The translations under genes were made by a program, and so were the position numbers. A DNA stretch of 64,000 bases from Escherichia coli (GTDB lineage Bacteria > Pseudomonadota > Gammaproteobacteria > Enterobacterales > Enterobacteriaceae). Positions 39,372-49,651 of the stretch are shown here, piece by piece. Position 1 is the stretch's first letter, and every line of letters starts with the position of its first letter. The stretch lies in the NCBI RefSeq assembly GCF_016026235.1, contig NZ_CP065613.1; one strand, given 5' to 3'. A model generated the notes under the pieces. It saw only the letters and a program-made list of their open reading frames with translations. It made no database searches and had not been told where the DNA came from.

Positions 39372-39446
39372 GTCCTCTTAGTTAAATGGATATAACGAGC
39401 CCCTCCTAAGGGCTAATTGCAGGTTCGATTCCTGCAGGGGACACCA
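39372..39446 (+). tRNA. argW: tRNA-Arg (anticodon CCU)
   Basis: GTCCTCTTAGTTAAATGGATATAACGAGCCCCTCCTAAGGGCTAATTGCAGGTTCGATTCCTGCAGGGGACACCA: 75 nt, cloverleaf-compatible, anticodon loop CUCCUAA, 3' CCA encoded. Confidence 0.92.
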
Positions 39447-39887
39447 GATACCCTTCAAACCAAATCTACCTTCACCCCGTCAAAGATGGGTTTGGCAGCA
39501 CATTTGCCTTATATCTACTCATTTTTACTGCAACAGGTTGAAATCTCAGCACTGTCAGAAAGTGCTGATGACTAAACAGCCCTGGGCCGGGCGATGTAAC
39601 CATCACACAGAATCCTGATAGCGAAATATGGCGTGACTCGATACTTCACTCCGCAATGCATTCCTTGATGAATTCGCAGGCCCGTGATACACGGGAAAGG
39701 TCGCTGAATGACGACAATGTCCTGGAAATCAGCGAACCGTGTATCCGGAGTACATTTGAGCGACTGTACCAGAACATGAATGAGGTGTTTGGATTAGGCG
39801 ATTATTAGCAGGGCTAAGCATTTTACTATTATTATTTTCCGGTTGAGGGATATGGAGATATCGACAACAACCGGAAAAAGTTTACGT

Positions 39888-41135
39888 CTATATTGCTGAA
39901 GGTACAGGCGTTTCCATAACTATTTGCTCGCGTTTTTTACTCAGGAAGAAAATGCCAAATAGCAACATCAGGCAGACAATACCCGAAATTGCGAAGAAAA
40001 CTGTCTGGTAGCCTGCGTGGTCAAAGAGTATCCCAGTCGGCGTTGAAAGCAGCACAATCCCAAGCGAACTGGCAATTTGAAAACCAATCAGAAAGATCGT
40101 CGACGACAGGCGCTTATCAAAGTTTGCCACGCTGTATTTGAAGACGGATATGACACAAAGTGGAACCTCAATGGCATGTAACAGCTTCACTAATGAAATA
40201 ATCCAGGGGTTAACAAACAGCGCGCAGGAAAGGATACGCAACGCCATAATCACAACACCGATAAGTAATGCATTTTTTGGCCCTACCCGATTCACAAAGA
40301 AAGGAATAATCGCCATGCACAGCGCTTCGAGTACCACCTGGAATGAGTTGAGATAACCATACAGGCGCGTTCCTACATCGTGTGATTCGAATAAACCTGC
40401 ATAAAAGACAGGAAAAAGTTGTTGATCAAAAATGTTATAGAAAGACCACGTCCCAACAATAAATATGACGAAAACCCAGAAGTTTCGATCCTTGAAAACT
40501 GCGATAAAATCCTCTTTTTTTACCCCTCCCGCATCCGCCGCTACGCACTGGTGATTCTTATCTTTAAAACACATGTTGATCATCATAAATACAGCGCCAA
40601 ATAGCGAGACCAACCAGAAGTTGATATGGGGACTGATACTAAAAAATATGCCGGCAAAGAACGCGCCAATAGCATAGCCAAAAGATCCCCAGGCGCGCGC
40701 TGTTCCATATTCGAAATGAAAATTTCGCGCCATTTTTTCGGTGAAGCTGTCAAGCAAACCGCATCCCGCCAGATACCCCAGGCAAAAAAAGAGCGCCCCC
40801 AGAATTAGACCTACAGAAAAATTGCTTTGCAGTAATGGTTCATAAACGTAAATCATAAACGGTCCGGTCAAGACCTGGATGAAACTCATACACCAGATGA
40901 GCGGTTTCTTCAGACCGAGTTTATCCTGAACGATGCCGTAGAACATCATAAATAGAATGCTGGTAAACTGGTTGACCGAATAAAGTGTACCTAATTCCGT
41001 CCCTGTCAACCCTAGATGTCCTTTCAGCCAAATAGCGTATAACGACCACCACAGCGACCAGGAAATAAAAAAGAGAAATGAGTAACTGGATGCAAAACGA
41101 TAGTACGCATTTCTGAATGGAATATTCAGTGCCAT
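39888..41135 (-). CDS. cscB: Sucrose:H+ symporter (LacY-like MFS permease)
   Basis: 415-aa ORF MALNIPFRNAYYRFASSYSFLFFISWSLWWSLYAIWLKGHLGL... recognised as CscB. Confidence 0.88.
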   Translation of the reverse strand: MALNIPFRNAYYRFASSYSFLFFISWSLWWSLYAIWLKGHLGLTGTELGTLYSVNQFTSILFMMFYGIVQDKLGLKKPLIWCMSFIQVLTGPFMIYVYEPLLQSNFSVGLILGALFFCLGYLAGCGLLDSFTEKMARNFHFEYGTARAWGSFGYAIGAFFAGIFFSISPHINFWLVSLFGAVFMMINMCFKDKNHQCVAADAGGVKKEDFIAVFKDRNFWVFVIFIVGTWSFYNIFDQQLFPVFYAGLFESHDVGTRLYGYLNSFQVVLEALCMAIIPFFVNRVGPKNALLIGVVIMALRILSCALFVNPWIISLVKLLHAIEVPLCVISVFKYSVANFDKRLSSTIFLIGFQIASSLGIVLLSTPTGILFDHAGYQTVFFAISGIVCLMLLFGIFFLSKKREQIVMETPVPSAI

Positions 41136-41206
41136 AATTACCTGCCTGTCGTTAAAAAATTCACGTCCTATTTAGAGATAAGAGCGACTTCGCCGTTTAC
41201 TTCTCA

Positions 41207-42117
41207 CTATTCCAGTTCTTGTCGACATGGCAGCGCTGTCATTGCCCCTTTCGCCGTTACTGCAAGCGCTCCGCAACGTTGAGCGAGATCGATAATTCGT
41301 CGCATTTCTCTCTCATCTGTAGATAATCCCGTAGAGGACAGACCTGTGAGTAACCCGGCAACGAACGCATCTCCCGCCCCCGTGCTATCGACACAATCCA
41401 CAGACATTCCAGCAAAATGGTGAACTTGTCCTCGATAACAGACCACCACCCCTTCTGCACCTTTAGTCACCAACAGCATGGCGATCTCATACTCTTTTGC
41501 CAGGGCGCATATATCCCGATCGTTCTGTGTTTTTCCACTGATAAGTCGCCATTCTTCTTCCGAGAGCTTGACGACATCCGCCAGTTGTAGCGCCTGCCGC
41601 AAACACAAGCGGAGCAAATGCTCGTCTTGCCATAGATCTTCACGAATATTGGGATCGAAGCTGACAAAACCTCCGGCATGCCGGATCGCCGTCATCGCAG
41701 TAAATGCGCTGGTACGCGAAGGCTCGGCAGACAACGCAATTGAACAGAGATGTAACCATTCGCCATGTCGCCAGCAGGGCAAGTCTGTCGTCTCTAAAAA
41801 AAGATCGGCACTGGGGCGAACCATAAACGTAAATGAACGTTCCCCTTGATCGTTCAGATCGACAAGCACCGTGGATGTCCGGTGCCATTCATCTTGCTTC
41901 AGATACGTGATATCGACTCCCTCAGTTAGCAGAGTTCTTTGCATTAACGCACCAAAAGGATCATCACCGACCCGACCTATAAACCCACTTATTCCGCCTA
42001 ATCTGGCGATTCCCACCGCAACGTTAGCTGGCGCGCCGCCAGGACAAGGCAGTAGGCGCCCGTCTGATTCTGGCAAGAGATCTACTACCGCATCCCCTAA
42101 AACCCATACTTTGGCTG
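41207..42117 (-). pseudogene. cscK: Fructokinase cscK body; the ATG and first nucleotide of codon 2 are separated from it by IS4 and lie at 43556..43559
   Basis: Frame reads ...(I)TAKVWVLGDAVVDLLPESDGRLLPCPGGAPANVAVGIARLGG... (pfkB family) up to the IS4 left end; splicing out IS4 and one target-duplication copy restores ATG TCA GCC AAA GTA TGG = MSAKVW. Confidence 0.8.
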
Positions 42118-43543
42118 TAATGCCGATCAGTTAAGGATCAGTTGACCGATCCAGTGGCTGTGTAAGAATCCGGAAACGCTCACTTGTTTCCGGATTTTTT
42201 TATGCACATTGGACAGGCTCTTGATCTGGTATCCCGTTACGATTCTCTGCGTAACCCACTGACTTCTCTGGGGGATTACCTCGACCCCGAACTCATCTCT
42301 CGTTGCCTTGCCGAATCAGGTACTGTAACGCTACGCAAGCGCCGTCTTCCCCTCGAAATGATGGTCTGGTGTATTGTTGGCATGGCGCTTGAGCGTAAAG
42401 AACCTCTTCACCAGATTGTGAATCGCCTGGACATCATGCTGCCGGGCAATCGCCCCTTCGTTGCCCCCAGTGCCGTTATTCAGGCCCGCCAGCGCCTGGG
42501 AAGTGAGGCTGTCCGCCGCGTGTTCACGAAAACAGCGCAGCTCTGGCATAACGCCACGCCGCATCCGCACTGGTGCGGCCTGACCCTGCTGGCCATCGAT
42601 GGTGTGTTCTGGCGCACACCGGATACACCAGAGAACGATGCAGCCTTCCCCCGCCAGACACATGCCGGGAACCCGGCGCTCTACCCGCAGGTCAAAATGG
42701 TCTGCCAGATGGAACTGACCAGCCATCTGCTGACGGCTGCAGCCTTCGGCACGATGAAGAACAGCGAAAATGAGCTTGCTGAGCAACTTATAGAACAAAC
42801 CGGCGATAACACTCTGACGTTAATGGATAAAGGTTATTACTCACTGGGACTGTTAAATGCCTGGAGCCTGGCGGGAGAACACCGCCACTGGATGATACCT
42901 CTCAGAAAGGGAGCGCAATATGAAGAGCTCAGAAAACTGGGTAAAGGCGATCATCTGGTGAAGCTGAAAACCAGCCCGCAGGCACGAAAAAAGTGGCCGG
43001 GACTGGGAAATGAAGTGACAGCCCGCCTGCTGACCGTGACGCGCAAAGGAAAAGTCTGCCATCTGCTGACGTCGATGACGGACGCCATGCGCTTCCCCGG
43101 AGGAGAAATGGCGGATCTGTACAGTCATCGCTGGGAAATCGAACTGGGATACAGGGAGATAAAACAGACGATGCAACTGAGCAGGCTGACGCTGAGAAGT
43201 AAAAAGCCGGAGCTTGTGGAGCAAGAGCTGTGGGGTGTCTTACTGGCTTATAATCTGGTGAGATATCAGATGATTAAAATGGCGGAACATCTGAAAGGTT
43301 ACTGGCCGAATCAACTGAGTTTCTCAGAATCATGCGGAATGGTGATGAGAATGCTGATGACATTGCAGGGCGCTTCACCGGGACGTATACCGGAGCTGAT
43401 GCGCGATCTTGCAAGTATGGGACAACTTGTGAAATTACCGACGAGAAGGGGAAGGGCCTTCCCGAGAGTGGTAAAGGAGAGGCCCTGGAAATACCCCACA
43501 GCCCCGAAAAAGAGCCAGTCAGTTGCTTAACTGACTGGCATTA
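42118..43543 (+). mobile_element. IS4 insertion sequence, complete at 1426 bp, flanked by a 12-bp target duplication
   Basis: Terminal inverted repeats TAATGCCGATCAGTTAAGG (42118..) and CTTAACTGACTGGCATTA (..43543); direct repeat ATACTTTGGCTG at 42106..42117 and 43544..43555; encodes the IS4 transposase. Confidence 0.92.
42202..43530 (+). CDS. insG: IS4 transposase
   Basis: 442-aa [52 protein letters not shown]... recognised as IS4 InsG; DDE transposase. Confidence 0.92.
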   Translation: MHIGQALDLVSRYDSLRNPLTSLGDYLDPELISRCLAESGTVTLRKRRLPLEMMVWCIVGMALERKEPLHQIVNRLDIMLPGNRPFVAPSAVIQARQRLGSEAVRRVFTKTAQLWHNATPHPHWCGLTLLAIDGVFWRTPDTPENDAAFPRQTHAGNPALYPQVKMVCQMELTSHLLTAAAFGTMKNSENELAEQLIEQTGDNTLTLMDKGYYSLGLLNAWSLAGEHRHWMIPLRKGAQYEELRKLGKGDHLVKLKTSPQARKKWPGLGNEVTARLLTVTRKGKVCHLLTSMTDAMRFPGGEMADLYSHRWEIELGYREIKQTMQLSRLTLRSKKPELVEQELWGVLLAYNLVRYQMIKMAEHLKGYWPNQLSFSESCGMVMRMLMTLQGASPGRIPELMRDLASMGQLVKLPTRRGRAFPRVVKERPWKYPTAPKKSQSVA

Positions 43544-43773
43544 ATACTTTGGCTGACATTTTTTTCCCTTAAATTCATCTGACTTACGCATAGTGATAAA
43601 CCTCTTTTTCGCAAAATCGTCATGGATTTACTAAAACATGCATATTCGATCACAAAATGTCATAGTTAACGTTAACATTTGTGATATTCATCGCATTATG
43701 AAAGTAAGGGACTTTATTTTTATAAAAGTTAACGTTAACAATTCACCAAATTTGCTTAACCAGGATGATTAAA

Positions 43774-45207
43774 ATGACGCAATCTCGATTGCATGCGGCG
43801 CAAAACGCACTAGCAAAACTTCATGAGCACCGGGGTAACACTTTCTATCCCCATTTTCACCTCGCGCCTCCTGCCGGGTGGATGAACGATCCAAACGGCC
43901 TGATCTGGTTTAACGATCGTTATCACGCGTTTTATCAGCATCACCCGATGAGCGAACACTGGGGGCCAATGCACTGGGGACATGCCACCAGCGACGATAT
44001 GATCCACTGGCAGCATGAGCCTATTGCGCTAGCGCCAGGAGACGATAATGACAAAGATGGGTGTTTTTCAGGTAGTGCTGTCGATGACAATGGTGTCCTC
44101 TCACTTATCTACACCGGACACGTCTGGCTCGATGGTGCAGGTAATGACGATGCAATTCGCGAAGTACAATGTCTGGCTACCAGTCGGGATGGTATTCATT
44201 TCGAGAAACAGGGTGTGATCCTCACTCCACCAGAAGGAATCATGCACTTCCGCGATCCTAAAGTGTGGCGTGAAGCCGACACATGGTGGATGGTAGTCGG
44301 GGCGAAAGACCCAGGCAACACGGGGCAGATCCTGCTTTATCGCGGCAGTTCATTACGTGAATGGACTTTCGATCGCGTACTGGCCCACGCTGATGCGGGT
44401 GAAAGCTATATGTGGGAATGTCCGGACTTTTTCAGCCTTGGCGATCAGCATTATCTGATGTTTTCCCCGCAGGGAATGAATGCCGAGGGATACAGTTACC
44501 GAAATCGCTTTCAAAGTGGCGTAATACCCGGAATGTGGTCGCCAGGACGACTTTTTGCACAATCCGGGCATTTTACTGAACTTGATAACGGGCATGACTT
44601 TTATGCACCACAAAGCTTTGTAGCGAAGGATGGTCGGCGTATTGTTATCGGCTGGATGGATATGTGGGAATCGCCAATGCCCTCAAAACGTGAAGGCTGG
44701 GCAGGCTGCATGACGCTGGCGCGCGAGCTATCAGAGAGCAATGGCAAACTCCTACAACGCCCGGTACACGAAGCTGAGTCGTTACGCCAGCAGCATCAAT
44801 CTATCTCTCCCCGCACAATCAGCAATAAATATGTTTTGCAGGAAAACGCGCAAGCAGTTGAGATTCAGTTGCAGTGGGCGCTGAAGAACAGTGATGCCGA
44901 ACATTACGGATTACAGCTCGGCACTGGAATGCGGCTGTATATTGATAACCAATCTGAGCGACTTGTTTTGTGGCGGTATTACCCACACGAGAATTTAGAC
45001 GGCTACCGTAGTATTCCCCTCCCGCAGCGTGACACGCTCGCCCTAAGGATATTTATCGATACATCATCCGTGGAAGTATTTATTAACGACGGGGAAGCGG
45101 TGATGAGTAGTCGAATCTATCCGCAGCCAGAAGAACGGGAACTGTCGCTTTATGCCTCCCACGGAGTGGCTGTGCTGCAACATGGAGCACTCTGGCAACT
45201 GGGTTAG
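43774..45207 (+). CDS. cscA: Sucrose-6-phosphate hydrolase / invertase (GH32)
   Basis: ATG at 43774 gives MTQSRLHAAQNALAKLHEHRGNTFYPHFHLAPPAGWMNDPNGLIWF... (NDPNG GH32 motif), 477 aa. Confidence 0.9.
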   Translation: MTQSRLHAAQNALAKLHEHRGNTFYPHFHLAPPAGWMNDPNGLIWFNDRYHAFYQHHPMSEHWGPMHWGHATSDDMIHWQHEPIALAPGDDNDKDGCFSGSAVDDNGVLSLIYTGHVWLDGAGNDDAIREVQCLATSRDGIHFEKQGVILTPPEGIMHFRDPKVWREADTWWMVVGAKDPGNTGQILLYRGSSLREWTFDRVLAHADAGESYMWECPDFFSLGDQHYLMFSPQGMNAEGYSYRNRFQSGVIPGMWSPGRLFAQSGHFTELDNGHDFYAPQSFVAKDGRRIVIGWMDMWESPMPSKREGWAGCMTLARELSESNGKLLQRPVHEAESLRQQHQSISPRTISNKYVLQENAQAVEIQLQWALKNSDAEHYGLQLGTGMRLYIDNQSERLVLWRYYPHENLDGYRSIPLPQRDTLALRIFIDTSSVEVFINDGEAVMSSRIYPQPEERELSLYASHGVAVLQHGALWQLG

Positions 45208-45214
45208 CATAATA

Positions 45215-46210
45215 TCAGGTGGAACAACGGATCAACAGCGGGCAAGGGATCCGCGTCACACTTCCCCCTTCACGACCTTCAATAATATGCAATGCAGCTT
45301 CCCGCCCGATAATGTCATGTGGAAGCTGAATTGTGGTCAGCGGCGGTAAAAACAGATGCCCGACACCAACCAGATTATCAAAGCCCATTACGGCGACATC
45401 CTGCGGGATACGTACCCCCTTCGCCAGGAGAACCTGATAAGCCACAAAGGCTGCGCGATCGTTACCACATATCAGAACATCAAAATCTGGTTTGCCCGAT
45501 TTGAAGTGGTCATTGAGTAAACTTGCGAGATCGGTGTAGTGATCATCACCTGTTGCCATGTGAAATTGTTTCACCTCAGCCAGATCTCGTCCAGCATCAC
45601 GCCAGGCCTGCTCAAATCCCTGCCGACGATACCCCGTTGCCAACGCACTTTCCGGTAGCCAGAAGCATAACGGTTGACGATAGCCCGCCGCGAGCAAATG
45701 CTGTGTTGATTCATATTGTGCAGTGTAATCATCAGGGATATAACTGGGTAACGCTGGGTCATCCGCCACACAGTTAGCCAATACAATATTTTCACCATAC
45801 AGAGACTCAGGTAGCGTGATATGTCGCAGCCCCATTGTAGTATAGATAATGCCATCCGGACGGTGGGCAAGCAGCTGACGTGCCGCGCGGGCAGCGTCAT
45901 CTTCAGAAAAAATATTGATTAAAAAACTATTCCAGCCGAACTCGCTGGCGGTTTGCTCAATGGCAAGCAGAATATCAACAGAGAAAGGAGTGGTAGCCGT
46001 GTCCTGCGCCAGCACGGCGAGAGTCGACGGCTTACGTCCTTGAGCGCGCATCTTACGGGCGGAAAGATCAGGAACATAATTCAGGGTCTGGATTGCCTGC
46101 AATACGCGGTCACGCGTTGCAGGACGCACAGATTCTGCATTATGCATCACCCGGGAGACTGTCATCATCGACACTCCCGCCAGGCGTGCGACATCCTTTA
46201 ATGAAGCCAT
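45215..46210 (-). CDS. cscR: LacI-family sucrose operon repressor
   Basis: Start set at the ATG (46210) giving MASLKDVARLAGVSMMTVSRVMHNAESVRPATRDRVLQAIQTLNYVPD... (HTH LacI), 331 aa; the ORF track starts 62 codons upstream. Confidence 0.88.
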   Translation of the reverse strand: MASLKDVARLAGVSMMTVSRVMHNAESVRPATRDRVLQAIQTLNYVPDLSARKMRAQGRKPSTLAVLAQDTATTPFSVDILLAIEQTASEFGWNSFLINIFSEDDAARAARQLLAHRPDGIIYTTMGLRHITLPESLYGENIVLANCVADDPALPSYIPDDYTAQYESTQHLLAAGYRQPLCFWLPESALATGYRRQGFEQAWRDAGRDLAEVKQFHMATGDDHYTDLASLLNDHFKSGKPDFDVLICGNDRAAFVAYQVLLAKGVRIPQDVAVMGFDNLVGVGHLFLPPLTTIQLPHDIIGREAALHIIEGREGGSVTRIPCPLLIRCST

Positions 46211-46428
46211 ATCCAAGCCGTTTGCCGTAAAACGGGCACTGTAGCAGAAACAGACGTCACTGGCGAGATCCAACGCCCTATCACCTGTCACGGCAATACA
46301 ATAAAAAATAACAATAATTGCCGAATAATTGTACCCAATTCCGCCTCTGTTCTCGCCAACGAGTAACCATATAGGCAAGTAAGTAAAACATGCCAACTGG
46401 CATCGCCAACCTGGAGAAGAAAATATAA

Positions 46429-46659
46429 ATATGGATCATTGTGCTGCCGCTGTATCCCGACATCAGCCCGGAAATTATTGCGATTGCTATCGGTTCAGGT
46501 GCAATTGGCTGCACGATCGTTACGGACTCGCTTTTCTGGCTGGTGAAACAATATTGCGGCGCTACGCTCAATGAAACATTTAAATACTATACGACAGCGA
46601 CATTTATCGCTTCAGTCGTCGCTCTGGCGGGCACATTCCTGCTGTCATTTATCATCTAA
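46429..46659 (+). pseudogene. dsdX: 3' remnant of the D-serine permease gene dsdX (last ~76 codons only)
   Basis: Frame reads ...[76 protein letters not shown], recognised as the DsdX (GntP family) C-terminus; an in-frame stop lies immediately upstream and no N-terminal part is present. Confidence 0.7.
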
Positions 46660-46676
46660 GCGCAAAGAGACGTACT

Positions 46677-48005
46677 ATGGAAAACGCTAAAATGAACTCG
46701 CTCATCGCCCAGTATCCGTTGGTAAAGGATCTGGTTGCTCTTAAAGAAACCACCTGGTTTAATCCTGGCACGACCTCATTGGCTGAAGGTTTACCTTATG
46801 TTGGCCTGACCGAACAGGATGTTCAGGACGCCCATGCGCGCTTATCCCGTTTTGCACCCTATCTGGCAAAAGCATTTCCTGAAACTGCTGCCACTGGGGG
46901 GATTATTGAATCAGAACTGGTTGCCATTCCGGCTATACAAAAACGGCTGGAAAAGGAATATCAACAACCGATCAGCGGGCAACTGTTACTGAAAAAAGAT
47001 AGCCATTTGCCCATTTCCGGCTCCATAAAAGCACGCGGCGGGATTTATGAAGTCCTGGCACACGCAGAAAAACTGGCTCTGGAAGCGGGGTTGCTGACGC
47101 TTGATGATGACTACAGCAAACTGCTGTCTCCGGAGTTTAAACAGTTCTTTAGCCAATACAGCATTGCTGTGGGCTCAACCGGAAATCTGGGGTTATCAAT
47201 CGGCATTATGAGCGCCCGCATTGGCTTTAAGGTGACAGTGCATATGTCTGCTGATGCCCGGGCATGGAAAAAAGCGAAACTGCGCAGCCATGGCGTTACG
47301 GTCGTGGAATATGAGCAAGATTATGGTGTTGCCGTCGAGGAAGGACGTAAAGCAGCGCACTCTGACCCGAACTGTTTCTTTATTGATGACGAAAATTCCC
47401 GCACGTTGTTCCTTGGGTATTCCGTCGCTGGCCAGCGTCTTAAAGCGCAATTTGCCCAGCAAGGCCGTATCGTCGATGCTGATAACCCTCTGTTTGTCTA
47501 TCTGCCGTGTGGTGTTGGCGGTGGTCCTGGTGGCGTCGCATTCGGGCTTAAACTGGCGTTTGGCGATCATGTTCACTGCTTTTTTGCCGAACCAACGCAC
47601 TCCCCTTGTATGTTGTTAGGCGTCCATACAGGATTACACGATCAGATTTCTGTTCAGGATATTGGTATCGACAACCTTACCGCAGCGGATGGCCTTGCAG
47701 TTGGTCGCGCATCAGGCTTTGTCGGGCGGGCAATGGAGCGTCTGCTGGATGGCTTCTATACCCTTAGCGATCAAACCATGTATGACATGCTTGGCTGGCT
47801 GGCGCAGGAAGAAGGTATTCGTCTTGAACCTTCGGCACTGGCGGGTATGACCGGACCTCAGCGCGTGTGTGCATCAGTAAGTTACCAACAGATGCACGGT
47901 TTCAGCGCAGAACAACTGCGTAATACCACTCATCTGGTGTGGGCGACGGGAGGTGGAATGGTGCCGGAAGAAGAGATGAATCAATATCTGGCAAAAGGCC
48001 GTTAA
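46677..48005 (+). CDS. dsdA: D-serine dehydratase (PLP-dependent)
   Basis: 442-aa [34 protein letters not shown]... recognised as DsdA. Confidence 0.93.
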   Translation: MENAKMNSLIAQYPLVKDLVALKETTWFNPGTTSLAEGLPYVGLTEQDVQDAHARLSRFAPYLAKAFPETAATGGIIESELVAIPAIQKRLEKEYQQPISGQLLLKKDSHLPISGSIKARGGIYEVLAHAEKLALEAGLLTLDDDYSKLLSPEFKQFFSQYSIAVGSTGNLGLSIGIMSARIGFKVTVHMSADARAWKKAKLRSHGVTVVEYEQDYGVAVEEGRKAAHSDPNCFFIDDENSRTLFLGYSVAGQRLKAQFAQQGRIVDADNPLFVYLPCGVGGGPGGVAFGLKLAFGDHVHCFFAEPTHSPCMLLGVHTGLHDQISVQDIGIDNLTAADGLAVGRASGFVGRAMERLLDGFYTLSDQTMYDMLGWLAQEEGIRLEPSALAGMTGPQRVCASVSYQQMHGFSAEQLRNTTHLVWATGGGMVPEEEMNQYLAKGR

Positions 48006-48112
48006 TAACGTTTCAACGCAGCATCGCCATCCTTTCCCTGGGTGAGCGATGCTGCCGATGGCGCAGACTTAAGATCCCCAGTCTTACCCGCTATAACCCC
48101 CTGCTTTTACCA

Positions 48113-49651
48113 TCACCCAACGCCTTTCGCTGTAAACGGCGGTTTCGCAAACCACACCAAAACCGTAAGTAAGATAAAAGCAATAGCCGCCATACGGAAA
48201 ATCTCATTTGCAGAAATAGAAAGTGACTGCTGGGTTATTTCATTATTAATTTCATTAAGAACTCCTGAAAGCGAACCATAGTATTTATCCATAATTTGTG
48301 ACGATGAATTAAACACGGGGTTAAATTGATCGATGGTTGCTGTCAACTGACTATGGTGTAACGATTCGCGTCGTCCCCACAGCGTCATTGTCAACGACGT
48401 ACCAACGGATCCTGACAAGGTACGAAAAAAATTACTCATACTCGAGGCATTGGCAAATTTATTATCTGGCAAGCCTGAAAACGAAATCGTTGTTAAGGGT
48501 AAAAAGAAACAGGCAACGGCGAATCCCTGAAAAAACTGCGGCAAAATGATACCTGTAAAATCAATCGTTGGCATAAATGTCACAGAACGCCAGTAATAGC
48601 AAACCGCATACATCAAAAAACTAAATGTCACCAACACCCGCATGTCAATTTTGTTGCCATAACGTCCTATCAAAGGCGAAATCAATAGTGGCATGATGCC
48701 GATGGGCGCATAAGCAAGTCCGGCCCATATCGCATTATACCCCATCGTTTCCTGGAGTAACTGCGGCATAAGGACTATCGCTCCAGAGTAAAATAAATAC
48801 GCGCAGGTGATACTCACAATACCAATGGTGAAATTACGGGACTTAAACAAACTGAGGTCAAGAATCGGGTTCTCTGAGGTCGACTCCCAAATGACTAAAG
48901 AGATCAGAGAAATAACTGATACTACTGTTAATATTATTATTGTACTCGAGTTGAACCAATCCAGATCGCGCCCTTTATCAAGCATAATTTGCAAGCCACC
49001 AACACCGAGCACTAACAGGGTCAGTCCTGGTAGATTCATTTTGACCGGTGAAGTCTCAGTTTCTCTTCCTTTAAGTAAGGTTAAGCATAATGTCAGGACG
49101 ATAATCCCCATAGGGACATTGATTAAAAATATCCAACCCCAGCTAAAGTTATCGCAAATATATCCGCCTAATATCGGCCCACATATCGGAGCGATAATCA
49201 CGGTCATTGACCATAATGCCAGAGCAAATGTTCTTTTTTCTGGTGGATAATTCCTTAATAATAAACTCTGTGACAGTGGAATTAACGGCCCTGCCATTAA
49301 CCCCTGAACGACTCTAAAAAATATCAGCACATCAAGATTGGTCGATAAACTACACATTAATGAAGACAGCGAAAAAAAAGTGACTGAAAGTAAAAATAAC
49401 CTTAATTCGCCTATTCTTTGTGCCAGCCTGCCGGTAACAGGGATCGCAATGGCATTTGCTACGCCAAACGAGGTGATAACCCAGGTGCCTTCGTCTGTTG
49501 ATGCTCCCAGAAAGCCAGATATTGTCGGTATTGCGACGTTAGAAATAGTGGAATCCAACATTTGCATAAACGTCGCTAATGACAATGCAATAGTGACGCA
49601 CCATAACGTCCCACCGGTTAATGGTGCCGGAGTTGATTTAGTGATTGCCAT
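48113..49651 (-). CDS. emrY: MFS multidrug efflux pump (EmrB paralog)
   Basis: 512-aa 14-TMS-type ORF MAITKSTPAPLTGGTLWCVTIALSLATFMQMLDSTISNVAIP... Confidence 0.9.
   Translation of the reverse strand: MAITKSTPAPLTGGTLWCVTIALSLATFMQMLDSTISNVAIPTISGFLGASTDEGTWVITSFGVANAIAIPVTGRLAQRIGELRLFLLSVTFFSLSSLMCSLSTNLDVLIFFRVVQGLMAGPLIPLSQSLLLRNYPPEKRTFALALWSMTVIIAPICGPILGGYICDNFSWGWIFLINVPMGIIVLTLCLTLLKGRETETSPVKMNLPGLTLLVLGVGGLQIMLDKGRDLDWFNSSTIIILTVVSVISLISLVIWESTSENPILDLSLFKSRNFTIGIVSITCAYLFYSGAIVLMPQLLQETMGYNAIWAGLAYAPIGIMPLLISPLIGRYGNKIDMRVLVTFSFLMYAVCYYWRSVTFMPTIDFTGIILPQFFQGFAVACFFLPLTTISFSGLPDNKFANASSMSNFFRTLSGSVGTSLTMTLWGRRESLHHSQLTATIDQFNPVFNSSSQIMDKYYGSLSGVLNEINNEITQQSLSISANEIFRMAAIAFILLTVLVWFAKPPFTAKGVG

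Noticed and set aside
39447-39887. Looked for a prophage integrase or attachment-site repeat next to argW (the CPS-53 position in K-12)
   Set aside because: No integrase-sized ORF and no obvious direct repeat of the tRNA 3' end by eye; the island here is the csc locus, not a prophage. A short att remnant cannot be excluded without alignment
41207-42076. 289-aa ORF-track call for cscK starting at 42076
   Set aside because: That start is a TTG internal to the fructokinase; the conserved N-terminus (AKVWVLGDAVVDLL) continues upstream to the IS4 boundary, so the gene is better described as an IS-disrupted full-length cscK
42331-43224. 155-aa and 123-aa minus-strand ORFs
   Set aside because: Inside IS4, antisense to the transposase gene
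48042-48549. Small plus-strand ORFs at the dsdA-emrY junction
   Set aside because: Antisense to the 3' end of emrY
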